Shown here one piece after another: positions 15,841 to 23,560 of a DNA stretch of 24,000 nt (position 1 is the first letter of the stretch; each line of letters begins with the position of its first letter). A model generated the notes under the pieces. It was not told where the DNA came from and made no database searches. It saw only the letters and a program-made list of their open reading frames with translations. Source of the DNA: Nitrososphaeraceae archaeon (GTDB lineage: Archaea > Thermoproteota > Nitrososphaeria > Nitrososphaerales > Nitrososphaeraceae); NCBI GenBank assembly GCA_009377575.1, contig WHTU01000002.1:22491-46490 (forward strand). The letters are read 5' to 3'. A program made the translations under genes and the position numbers.

Positions 15841-17307
15841 CTATGATGTTGGTTTTTGGATCTTCAGGGGTGACGCAATATTCTTGCCAACACCTATCGA
15901 GACGAGGTTCGCTCCAATGGGTTTTGAGGTGTCAACAATCCCTCTTCCGTCATATACGATCGCATTTCCAACATCTTCGACATTTAGATTTGAGTATTCG
16001 GAATGATCTGCAACTATGATAATCAGATCGGCACCTCTCAATGACGATGCTAAGTTATTGCTAAAGCTCACACCAGGGTATTTCAAAAGGGTATGATCAT
16101 TAATTACCAAAGGGTCGTGCACCTGAATATTCTTTACTCCTTTCCTAAAAAGTTCTTCAATTACCTTGTATGTAGGAGACAGCCTAGTATCGGAAACGCC
16201 CCCTCTAAAGGCTAGTCCAAGAAGTGTGACTTTATAATCTTTGAGATTCTTTCTCTTGGTTTGGATCCTTTGGCAAGCATTCAAAGCTTCGTTTACTGCA
16301 TATGTAGGCATTCGGTCATTGACGAGGCGACCGTGTTTGGTAATTGGCGATTCAATATTCTTTTTATTAGCAATATCAAGGACAAACTGAGGATATACCG
16401 GTATACATGCCCCTCCTACGCCTATGCCAGGTCTGTGGATATGGCAATATGATTGGGAATTAGCTGCATTTCTGGCCTCCCAAAAATCTACGCCGATCCT
16501 CTCTGAAATCATAGCCAATTCGTTGGCAAGAGCGATATTCACGTCTCTGTAGACACCCTCAATTAGCTTCTCGAATTCTGCTGTTCTTGGCGACGAAAGT
16601 TTGATTACGCCCTGTTTGAAGATTATTTGATATATTACTGAAGCAACTTTCAAGCTCTGGGGTCCAGCTCCTGCCACAATTGCTGGGTATCCATGCTCGA
16701 TATCGTGTATAGCCCTACCCTCGTATATCCTCTCTGGATTGTATACCATAAAAAAGTCTCTTTCGCACTCGAATCGAGATTTATCTTCGAGGATCGGTAA
16801 GATAAAGTCCTCAGTTGTTCCAGGAGGAACGCTAGGTGTTAATGCAACCACATCGCCACGCTTAAGGCCCATGGCTATAGAAAACGCGACATCCTCGACA
16901 GCGTGTAGATTTGCAGTTGCATTTTCTGCCATCACAGGAACACAAATCATCTTGAAAAATGAATCCGTTGATGCAGCCACAGGGTCATCATACACCAAAA
17001 ATCGATTCTCGTTGAGTCCTGTCGAAAATGCCTCATTAACGTGAGGCTCCGGAATCTGGGTTTTTCCTTCTCGGGCGTATTCTCTGACCTTCTCAGATTT
17101 ATCAATCCCAATAACATAGGCGCCGGCTCTTATCCAAGTAGCAGCCAGCGGCGCACCCACATGCCCAAGTCCATATATTGCGATTTTCAATTTGCCATTT
17201 CTTATTTTTGTAACTAGATCCTCTGGATATTTGATTGCGTGAACTGACTGAGCATTTTCAAGAGTATTGATTTCTGATCTTGAATGATCCATCTTGTGAC
17301 TCCCCAT
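15841..17307 (-). CDS. Nucleotide-sugar dehydrogenase (UDP-glucose/UDP-ManNAc dehydrogenase family)
   Basis: 488 aa with an ATG start. N-terminal Rossmann KIAIYGLGHVGAPLAA, catalytic-region GIGVGGACIPVYP (family GGxCxxxDP-like with the catalytic Cys), C-terminal LGLAFRGGVSDTR (UDP-binding domain). Confidence 0.85.
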   Translation of the reverse strand: MGSHKMDHSRSEINTLENAQSVHAIKYPEDLVTKIRNGKLKIAIYGLGHVGAPLAATWIRAGAYVIGIDKSEKVREYAREGKTQIPEPHVNEAFSTGLNENRFLVYDDPVAASTDSFFKMICVPVMAENATANLHAVEDVAFSIAMGLKRGDVVALTPSVPPGTTEDFILPILEDKSRFECERDFFMVYNPERIYEGRAIHDIEHGYPAIVAGAGPQSLKVASVIYQIIFKQGVIKLSSPRTAEFEKLIEGVYRDVNIALANELAMISERIGVDFWEARNAANSQSYCHIHRPGIGVGGACIPVYPQFVLDIANKKNIESPITKHGRLVNDRMPTYAVNEALNACQRIQTKRKNLKDYKVTLLGLAFRGGVSDTRLSPTYKVIEELFRKGVKNIQVHDPLVINDHTLLKYPGVSFSNNLASSLRGADLIIIVADHSEYSNLNVEDVGNAIVYDGRGIVDTSKPIGANLVSIGVGKNIASPLKIQKPTS

Positions 17308-18372
17308 ATGGGAAAGATGTAATTAATATCTATCATTCTCAAATTTTTGTGACTAGTCTTCCCCAAGAATGTAAAAATGATTTATGGGTTCAACGTAGAA
17401 ATTTGGATACATAAGACTCCCCTAGGGGATGCAAATAGCAAATGAGCAACAGTAGCTACGATTTAACAAGGCGTAACAGCTCAGCAATCCCTCCGCGAAT
17501 CATCAAGCTGAATTAATCGGAGTTTCAGGGGCGCATTGCTCTTGGAAAGATAAACTGCCTTTTCTAACAGGATACGATGAATACTCAATCTGAAACACAG
17601 CTAACCTGACAGAATTGTTCAAAATAGCATAAGGTCGAACGAATATCAACGATTATGCAATCATAATCACATAACCAGATGTTGGTGAAAGAAGGATTTG
17701 CTCGGTATCAACTAGTAGCGCTATCTTTCCTGTCCACTAAAACTCATTGCTACAAATTGTGGAGGAGCCGATCAAAGCAGTTTGGTGTCTCGGATTGGAA
17801 TAAGATGTCGATGAAAAAAATTAGGTTATTCAATGTGTTTTGAGTATATGCATAATACTAGGTAGCAACCTCAGGCGGCCTTCACTGAATTGTAGTGTAA
17901 CCTTAGATGGGTAACCATCGAAAGAGAGAACATTAAGCATTACCTAACAAAACATCTTGATAAATCTAATGGTGCATCGGGGGGAGACTTGCCAAAACTT
18001 TGGTCGGGGGTGGAATATAGTGGTCATCTTAATCCGTATGAGATAATTCTCCTAGTCTTCGGTCGAAGGTTTAGAATTGAAAGGTGTTTAGCAACATCTT
18101 GCAAGATTGTGAATACGCATCCCAACAAGATCCTCTTGGAGAAAAGCGTTTGTGTGCGATATTGCAATCCGGATCCGAATAGGCAAGCACACCTCAGCAG
18201 AATCTTTTTCTCACTTCTGTTCTTTTAGGTCTTAATACTGTTTTACTTCAGAACTATCTATCTGGTTCGTTTGAAAAAATTCCTTAATTGATTTTAACAC
18301 AGAGGCATGCACGCATGAATGAATTGTGTCCATTATGTCTAACGTTTAATCCATCTCAAACGTAGTATCCAC

Positions 18373-18798
18373 CTACTTTTGTTTGTTCATAAATGCTTTG
18401 ATATGGTAGCAGATTCGATCCATTGTTTGGACAAGTTCTTCATACAGACTTAATTCCTGTTGATGCTTCCATTTTCCGTAAACACGAACGTGATCTTCTA
18501 GCGGGTCGATATAAATTTCGCCTTCTTCAAGCAATACATTTCTAAGATAACTATCTAATTGTTGGTCCTTACTCACTATCTCAGCAATCTTTCCCCCTTC
18601 CCAATTTATTTTTACTACATGCTTCTTAGAAAAATGACCAACTGTGCTCGCCTTGCATTTTGCGATCAACTCAGAAGGGTTGCTAACACTACCCATAACT
18701 ATGAAGTGCATCTGAAAGTAGTCAAGGGCACCATATGACGGTAGGTCGTTGTCCTTATCACGTGTAGAGATCTCGCCTGATTCGCGCAGTAACGACAT
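18373..18798 (-). CDS. Hypothetical protein
   Basis: 141-aa ATG ORF. No motif recognised. Last gene of a co-directional string that starts at amt. Confidence 0.5.
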   Translation of the reverse strand: MSLLRESGEISTRDKDNDLPSYGALDYFQMHFIVMGSVSNPSELIAKCKASTVGHFSKKHVVKINWEGGKIAEIVSKDQQLDSYLRNVLLEEGEIYIDPLEDHVRVYGKWKHQQELSLYEELVQTMDRICYHIKAFMNKQK

Positions 18799-18927
18799 TT
18801 TAGACTCGTTTTCTTTTCCACTTTATAAAAACTATTACCTAAGTAGCAAGAATACTTGTAACATCGATTTCAGTATTTCAATCCTATACAGTCACACTTA
18901 AACTGGTTCCACATTCAAAATTTGAGG

Positions 18928-19299
18928 TCACGTCTCTCGCATTATGTTAAACAAGACCAAAACATACCTTCTTACAGATTTAGACAATTCTGAAGCGTCT
19001 TGAAATTTTTCGATGTCATTCCCTAAGGCCATCGTTAACCTTCGGGGGATTTTGAGCTCATCGTCAAGATAGATGAGAAATGCGAAATAGAGAGCCTTAA
19101 GGAGGGCCTCTTGATTCTCTGTCATTACGTTCGGATCTTCCATCAGCTTTGAGAGGATGAACGAGAACTGGGTAGTTAGGATGACCCTTTCATGGTCGAT
19201 CACACTTGAATCATCAAATTTGATGATACCCATTCTTAAGAGATCTTCAATACTCGCAGCGAGATTCTCCACCGTTTCCTCATGATCAGGTTCGGACAT
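18928..19299 (-). CDS. Hypothetical acidic helical protein
   Basis: 123-aa ATG ORF, 22 nt downstream of the 128-aa ORF, so probably co-transcribed. No motif recognised. Confidence 0.5.
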   Translation of the reverse strand: MSEPDHEETVENLAASIEDLLRMGIIKFDDSSVIDHERVILTTQFSFILSKLMEDPNVMTENQEALLKALYFAFLIYLDDELKIPRRLTMALGNDIEKFQDASELSKSVRRYVLVLFNIMRET

Positions 19300-19321
19300 T
19301 GAATAAGATTAAAAAATTAAG

Positions 19322-19708
19322 TCATACAACCGTATTAACAATTCGCATGTACTCCTCGATTAAGATAGGATCTACGATTCCTTGAACAACTGATCTCTGT
19401 CCAGTCGAGAGAGTGATATCCAAAGCAACTGCACTATAAGGAACATCAAAGCGATCTATGATGTCCATCTCACGGATATCAATTATCAGAGAAATCATTA
19501 ACTGGTGAATCTTAAAGCCAAGTATCCTACTTATCTTTCTGCTCCCAGAGCCACCGGCGCGTCCACCCGCAGACCCAAAAGACTCTTCTACCAGTAGTAC
19601 AAAAACTATGCTATGTTCAGATTTGCTTAAGTCTACCTCAGTTGAAGCTACTACAAGTTTACGAGTTGGAAGTGACAGTACTTCCTCTAGCGAGCTAAAA
19701 TTCGTCAT
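19322..19708 (-). CDS. Hypothetical protein with an internal Gly-rich loop (GSAGGRAGGSGS)
   Basis: 128-aa ATG ORF. A weak TATA-like AAATACAT lies about 23 nt upstream. No family recognised. Confidence 0.5.
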   Translation of the reverse strand: MTNFSSLEEVLSLPTRKLVVASTEVDLSKSEHSIVFVLLVEESFGSAGGRAGGSGSRKISRILGFKIHQLMISLIIDIREMDIIDRFDVPYSAVALDITLSTGQRSVVQGIVDPILIEEYMRIVNTVV

Positions 19709-19831
19709 GGTCGTCAGGAATTGTATCTTGAATGTATTTCAAGTACGCGATGTATAGTTCATGGTTTTAGATAAACTAATCGACGCATTTTTGCGAGCCA
19801 ATCGCTGGTAGTCCAACCAAAGAATCACATG

Positions 19832-20176
19832 TTACAGGGCATTGTCACCTGACTCTTTCGAGCCGATATCGTACGCCTCTGAAACATCGTAGACAAATAT
19901 CTTTCCATCTGATAAAGAGCCGGTACCTATTTTTGCCAATATATCATCTATTAGCGGCTTCATCTTCTCGTTACTGACGAGAACCTCGACTTTCATTCGT
20001 GAACCAAATTCAGGGACGTACCGCATTACACCTCTTCCCACAGCTACAGGCTCTTGTCTTGTGCGGCCGCGGCCTTTAATATCATAGAAGGTTAGTCCAC
20101 CTACATCATGCTCGTGCATCAAATCGTTCAAATCACGCAGGCGTTCAAGCGGAATTATTAGATCAATTCGTTTCAA
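19832..20176 (-). CDS. PII-family signal-transduction protein, divergent paralogue 2
   Basis: From the TTG at 20176 the product starts MKRIDLIIPLERL..., matching the canonical PII N-terminus and length (114 aa). A TATA-like ATTATATA (20203-20210) lies 27 nt upstream. The tracked ORF extends to another TTG at 20224. B-loop TGSLSDGKIF and C-terminal GSKESGDNAL are PII-like. The T-loop is GRGRTRQEPVAVGRGVMRYVPEFG. Confidence 0.8.
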   Translation of the reverse strand: MKRIDLIIPLERLRDLNDLMHEHDVGGLTFYDIKGRGRTRQEPVAVGRGVMRYVPEFGSRMKVEVLVSNEKMKPLIDDILAKIGTGSLSDGKIFVYDVSEAYDIGSKESGDNAL

Positions 20177-20247
20177 CTTCCTCTTGGAGTATGCCCAATT
20201 CTTATATAATATTTTTTGAGCCAACCATGGTGCTGCTACTAGGCATA

Positions 20248-20598
20248 CTAGGTCAAACTTCTGTCTCCTTCTTCAAGAGTTGCAATATTAATCGCTTGCT
20301 CAATACTCGAAAGAAATATGATCCCATCCCCTTGTTCTCCACTCTCTCCGCTTCGGGCATGTTTTACAATAGTCCTAATTACTAATTCTACTCGATCGTC
20401 GGGAACTGCGATTTCAAACTTCATCCGAGGGACAAGATCGTATGACACGGGTTGTCCACGCCACTGCAGGTGAAGTTCCCTTTGTCTGCTCCATCCTGAG
20501 ACCGAAGACACGGTCATACCCCCAATCCCAATACCTCGCAATTGCTCTTTAACCACTGGCATCTTCTCGGCTCTGATGATAGCTTGGAGCATTTTCAC
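20248..20598 (-). CDS. glnK: PII-family nitrogen regulatory protein (GlnK-like), paralogue 1
   Basis: 116 aa with a GTG start. MKMLQAIIRAEKMPVVKEQLRGIGIGGMTVSSVSGWSRQ...PRMKFEIAV...GDGIIF is collinear with GlnB/GlnK. Lies 66 nt downstream of amt, the conserved amt-glnK arrangement. Confidence 0.85.
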   Translation of the reverse strand: MKMLQAIIRAEKMPVVKEQLRGIGIGGMTVSSVSGWSRQRELHLQWRGQPVSYDLVPRMKFEIAVPDDRVELVIRTIVKHARSGESGEQGDGIIFLSSIEQAINIATLEEGDRSLT

Positions 20599-20664
20599 AG
20601 AAAATATTCGTCAATATGTAATTCTGGGTGGTATATTTACCGTCTCGTAATAACCAAGGCCTCA

Positions 20665-21897
20665 TTACTCTACATATGCTCGCTCGGCGTGTTGAGCAAT
20701 ATCTAAGCCTATATCTTCTTCAACCTCTGTAACACGAAGACCAATTGTCTTGTCAATCACCTTCATGATAACTATGGTTCCCACAAACGCCAGGCCTGCG
20801 GCTACAGCCACTCCTAGAGCTTGGATTGCCAACTGAGATGCATTTCCATAAAGCAAACCTTCAGGACCATCCGGATTTACAAGAGTTGTTGCAACAACCC
20901 CAATAGCGAGCGCTCCAATTATGCCAGTTAGGCCGTGTACTGAACTGACATCGAGTGCATCATCGATTTTCAACCTTTCCTTAATCAAGAGGATTCCAAA
21001 ATACGAAGCAAGCCCCAACACAATTCCTAAAAAGAATGAGCTTTGTGCTGTTATGAAACCAGCAGCGGGAGTAACACCGGCAAGACCGCAGATAGCACCG
21101 TTGATCGCTGCGGTCGTAGATGGTTTCTTTGATCTTTTCCATGACAGTAAAATCCAGACTACTGCTGATGTCACCGCTCCAATCTGGGTTACTAGGAATG
21201 CATTCGCTGCCAAGGCGCCTGATGCAAGTGCACTCCCGGCATTAAAGCCGAACCAACCTAACCAAAGTAAGGATGCACCCAGAACTGCAAGAGGGATATT
21301 ATGCGGAACCATTATATCTGGACCAAAATTCTTTCGACGCCCTAAGACAAGTGCTGCTGCAATTGAGGCCAAACCTGCAGACGTATGAATTACAATACCT
21401 CCTGCAAAGTCATATACTCCAAGATTAGCTAGCCAACCTCCTCCCCACACCCAGTGTGCGAGCGGGAAATATACCACGAAGCTCCATGCCACAATAAAAA
21501 TCACAAATCCGCTGAACTTTACCCGTTCAGCGAATGCACCAGTGATCAGTAGAGGAGTTATAACCGCAAACATCATTTGGAATGTAGCAAATGTTACACC
21601 AGGAATAGATGGAGCATAATCCAGAGCGCTGTCAAAAGGTACCTCATTGAAGAAGGCCCATTGAAGGCCGCCAATAATTCCACCTATTGAAGGAGAGAAT
21701 ACCAGCGTAAATCCTATCAAGAACCACAATACAGAAAGAATTGCCAGACCCGAAAAAGTTTGCATCATCACAGATAAGGAATTTTTGCCTCTGATGAGTC
21801 CTGCTTCAAAGAAGCCCAGCGCTGGTGTCATAAGCAGAACCAAGCCAGTAGCAACCATCATCCAAGCAGTATCGCCAGTATCTATCGGCACTTCCAT
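20665..21897 (-). CDS. amt: Ammonium transporter (Amt/MEP family)
   Basis: From the ATG at 21897: MEVPIDTGDTAWMMVATGLVLLMTPALGFFEAGLIR, the typical Amt N-terminus. About 11 TM segments. Conserved FDFAGGIVIHTSAG and VHGLTGIIGAL (twin-His region). The tracked ORF extends to a TTG at 21945, which is less likely. Confidence 0.95.
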   Translation of the reverse strand: MEVPIDTGDTAWMMVATGLVLLMTPALGFFEAGLIRGKNSLSVMMQTFSGLAILSVLWFLIGFTLVFSPSIGGIIGGLQWAFFNEVPFDSALDYAPSIPGVTFATFQMMFAVITPLLITGAFAERVKFSGFVIFIVAWSFVVYFPLAHWVWGGGWLANLGVYDFAGGIVIHTSAGLASIAAALVLGRRKNFGPDIMVPHNIPLAVLGASLLWLGWFGFNAGSALASGALAANAFLVTQIGAVTSAVVWILLSWKRSKKPSTTAAINGAICGLAGVTPAAGFITAQSSFFLGIVLGLASYFGILLIKERLKIDDALDVSSVHGLTGIIGALAIGVVATTLVNPDGPEGLLYGNASQLAIQALGVAVAAGLAFVGTIVIMKVIDKTIGLRVTEVEEDIGLDIAQHAERAYVE

Positions 21898-22348
21898 TAA
21901 ACATTCGCCCCAAGTATAAAAAATTTTTACAACTAAATAGTCCAAATATATCTATTTAAGTAATCACAATTGGTATCGCCAAACAGGATGAAAGATTGAC
22001 GTTATGAATTCTATCACCACTTTCAAATGAGACTTGATTTCACTAATCAACACACAATAATTAGGGGGGATTTGTTTCAAATAAATGCTCGAAGATAAGA
22101 AACTGTAAAGTTCAAGGATCTTTACTGCAATCTGGTAATCTGGTAATCTGACCACTAACAATACTACTTTAAGGCAAACGCACCATTTGGACACAAGTAA
22201 TAGCCGCTTTGATTTTTGCTCGTTGAAATCGTGAACATGTATACATTGATAATATCAGTTTGCCTCTACATGAAGGCGTCCCTGATATTGGTTAAGGATT
22301 GAATAGGAATACTTATTTAAATTATATCATAAATGGGATTTTCAGAAG

Positions 22349-22374
22349 ATCGACTTAGAACCTATCCGAAAAGT
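22349..22374. repeat. IS left terminal inverted repeat
   Basis: ATCGACTTAGAACCTATCCGAAAAGT. It matches the reverse complement of 23280-23305 (ATCATCTTAGAGCCTATCTGAAAATT) at 21 of 26 positions. Confidence 0.7.
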
Positions 22375-22454
22375 AGTTGAGTTTTATTGAGTTATAAGCA
22401 AACTGTGTTTAATCGATAAAGCTAAGCTGTACTGCTTTCTCTTCTGAGTTTGTA

Positions 22455-22853
22455 TTGATCTCGCAGATTACTGGAGTTGATTCCTCGTACTGCATACCTG
22501 ACGTTGTATGGGATAGGATCATTACATTGCTACCATCATCAATACGTAGGAAGAAAAAGACTGGTCGTCCAAGAATGGATGACAGGAAGGCTATGAGTGC
22601 TATTTTCTACGTCCTACGTACAGGCTGTCAGTGGAATGCTCTACCTAGAAGTCTTGGTGCTTCAAGTACAGTACATGACAGATTCCAGGAGTGGAGAAAA
22701 GAAGGTGTATTCAAACGTATGTGGATCGATGGATTGTCGGTGTATGATAAAAATAATAGAATAGACTGGAAATGGCAGGCTATGGATGGTGTTATTACAA
22801 AGGCACCTCTTGGGGGAAAAAAGCACAGGACCAAATCCCACAGACAGAAGTAA
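22455..22853 (+). CDS. IS5-family transposase OrfA (N-terminal DNA-binding part)
   Basis: TTG start. VWDRIITLLPSS...GRPRMDDRKAMSAIFYVLRTGCQWNALPRSLGASSTVHDRFQEWRKEGVF is the characteristic N-terminal (DUF4096-type) module of IS5/IS427-group transposases. Confidence 0.85.
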   Translation: MISQITGVDSSYCIPDVVWDRIITLLPSSIRRKKKTGRPRMDDRKAMSAIFYVLRTGCQWNALPRSLGASSTVHDRFQEWRKEGVFKRMWIDGLSVYDKNNRIDWKWQAMDGVITKAPLGGKKHRTKSHRQK

Positions 22854-23292
22854 ATCAGGTACCAAACGTAGTATATTGGTAGATGGTAAAGGAGTTCCTA
22901 TTGGTGTATCTGTAGATGGTGCTAACAGACATAACATGAAAATGAGTAAAGCAACACTTCAGAGTATAGTAATCTTCAGACCGGAACCAACAATCAGATC
23001 AAAGCAGCACTTGTGTCTTGACAAGGGTTATGACTTTCCTGAAGTATACGAATTACTAGAAGACTACGGTTACACAATCCATATCAGGTTAAGAGGAGAA
23101 GAAAGAAGCAGCAAAAGAAAAAGAATACCTAAATATAGAGCTAGACGATGGGTTGTTGAAAGAACGCATTCTTGGATGAACAGATTTAGACGGTTGTTAA
23201 TTAGATGGGAGAAAAAGGTAGAAAACTATATTGCAATGTTACATTTCGCTTGTGCTTGGATTACTTACAAAAGAGGAGGAATTTTCAGATAG
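22786..23292 (+). CDS. IS5-family transposase OrfB (DDE catalytic part), +1 frame relative to OrfA
   Basis: TGPNPTDRSKSGTKRSILVDGKGVPIG (first D), HLCLDKGYD (second D), RWVVERTHSWMNRFRRLLIRWEKK (E). The DDE triad is intact. The part expressed as a fusion would begin near 22822. The ATG at 22786 lies inside the OrfA overlap. Confidence 0.85.
   Translation: MVLLQRHLLGEKSTGPNPTDRSKSGTKRSILVDGKGVPIGVSVDGANRHNMKMSKATLQSIVIFRPEPTIRSKQHLCLDKGYDFPEVYELLEDYGYTIHIRLRGEERSSKRKRIPKYRARRWVVERTHSWMNRFRRLLIRWEKKVENYIAMLHFACAWITYKRGGIFR
22812..22823 (+). other. G5A6G homopolymer tract in the orfA/orfB overlap (candidate recoding or slippage site)
   Basis: GGGGGAAAAAAG. OrfA reads GGG GGA AAA AAG CAC. OrfB reads G GGG GAA AAA AGC ACA. 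Removing one A would give an uninterrupted ...APLGGKSTGPNPTDR... fusion. Confidence 0.6.
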
Positions 23293-23305
23293 GCTCTAAG
23301 ATGAT
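23280..23305. repeat. IS right terminal inverted repeat
   Basis: AATTTTCAGATAGGCTCTAAGATGAT, the inverted partner of 22349-22374. It contains the TAG stop of orfB (23290-23292). Confidence 0.7.
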
Positions 23306-23490
23306 TTAATTAAGCGAGTTCGATTTTTATTTTTAAACAATAAGAATCAAACTTAAATAAAATCGTATACTCAATAGTGATCATTTACTATTGCAATTAA
23401 AATGCTAGAAAAAATTGGGCCACGTACTTGATGCGCTCAAGACGATCGCACAATAATTTCGTATAAGTCACAATAACTTATTTTCCTCCT

Positions 23491-23524
23491 CCATTGCCAA
23501 TGGACAGTTTCCGAAACCGGAAAC
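23491..23524. repeat. Two adjacent palindromes in an intergenic AT-rich region
   Basis: CCATTGcCAATGG (23491-23503, arms 6-1-6) and GTTTCCGaaacCGGAAAC (23507-23524, 7-bp arms with a 4-nt spacer). Confidence 0.6.
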
Positions 23525-23560
23525 TCCCCCATTATACGGCATTGTTTTCCGAAACCGAAA
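23508..23560. repeat. Direct repeat of TTTCCGAAACCG(G)AAA
   Basis: Copies at 23508-23523 and 23546-23560, offset by 38 bp. Possible paired protein-binding sites. Confidence 0.5.

Larger units (their letters stand above)
22349..23305 (+). mobile_element. IS5-family insertion sequence (IS427/IS1031-like two-ORF type), 957 bp
   Basis: Bounded by imperfect terminal inverted repeats (21/26 identical). Encodes an HTH-type OrfA and a DDE OrfB that overlap at a homopolymer tract. The right IR overlaps the transposase stop codon. Confidence 0.8.

Noticed and set aside
15422-17044. + strand ORFs 15422..15718, 15812..16006, 16261..16452 and 16739..17044
   Set aside because: Antisense to mtnA and the sugar dehydrogenase. 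Their Ser/Ala-rich shadow composition is not protein-like.
17575-17609. Possible C/D-box sRNA (CGATGAA ... CTGA ... CTGA)
   Set aside because: The C box is imperfect (no RUGAUGA). No C' box is present, the guide spacing is wrong (8 nt instead of about 12), and there is no terminal stem.
17989-18228. 79-aa ORF inside the 1.07 kb gap
   Set aside because: TTG start, Cys/Arg/Phe-rich, and no promoter-like element at the right distance. It is kept only as part of the gap finding.
17308-18372. Search for tRNA, RNase P RNA, SRP RNA or a CRISPR array in the gap
   Set aside because: I could find no T-arm (GTTCRAAT with flanking stem), no GGAAAGTCC-type CR-I core and no direct repeats by eye. A covariance-model scan is still needed.
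20191-20385. 64-aa + strand ORF across the two PII genes
   Set aside because: Antisense to two PII genes with clear family motifs.
20921-21388. 155-aa + strand ORF inside amt
   Set aside because: Ala/Pro-rich antisense shadow of the comparatively G+C-rich ammonium-transporter gene.
21964-22194. 76-aa minus-strand ORF upstream of amt, with the small tandem ATCTGGTA ATCTGGTA ATCTG (22129-22149)
   Set aside because: The ORF is hydrophobic and low-complexity and sits in the amt upstream region without support. The 2.5-copy 8-mer repeat is too short to interpret.
22628-22937. Minus-strand ORFs 22628..22834 and 22662..22937 inside the IS
   Set aside because: Antisense to the transposase ORFs.
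22341-23314. Target-site duplication flanking the IS
   Set aside because: The flanks (…TTCAGAAG and TTAATTAAGC…) share no direct repeat at the ends I defined. The apparent GGATTTTCAGA/GGAATTTTCAGA direct match arises from the internal GAAAA segment of the inverted repeats, not from a TSD.
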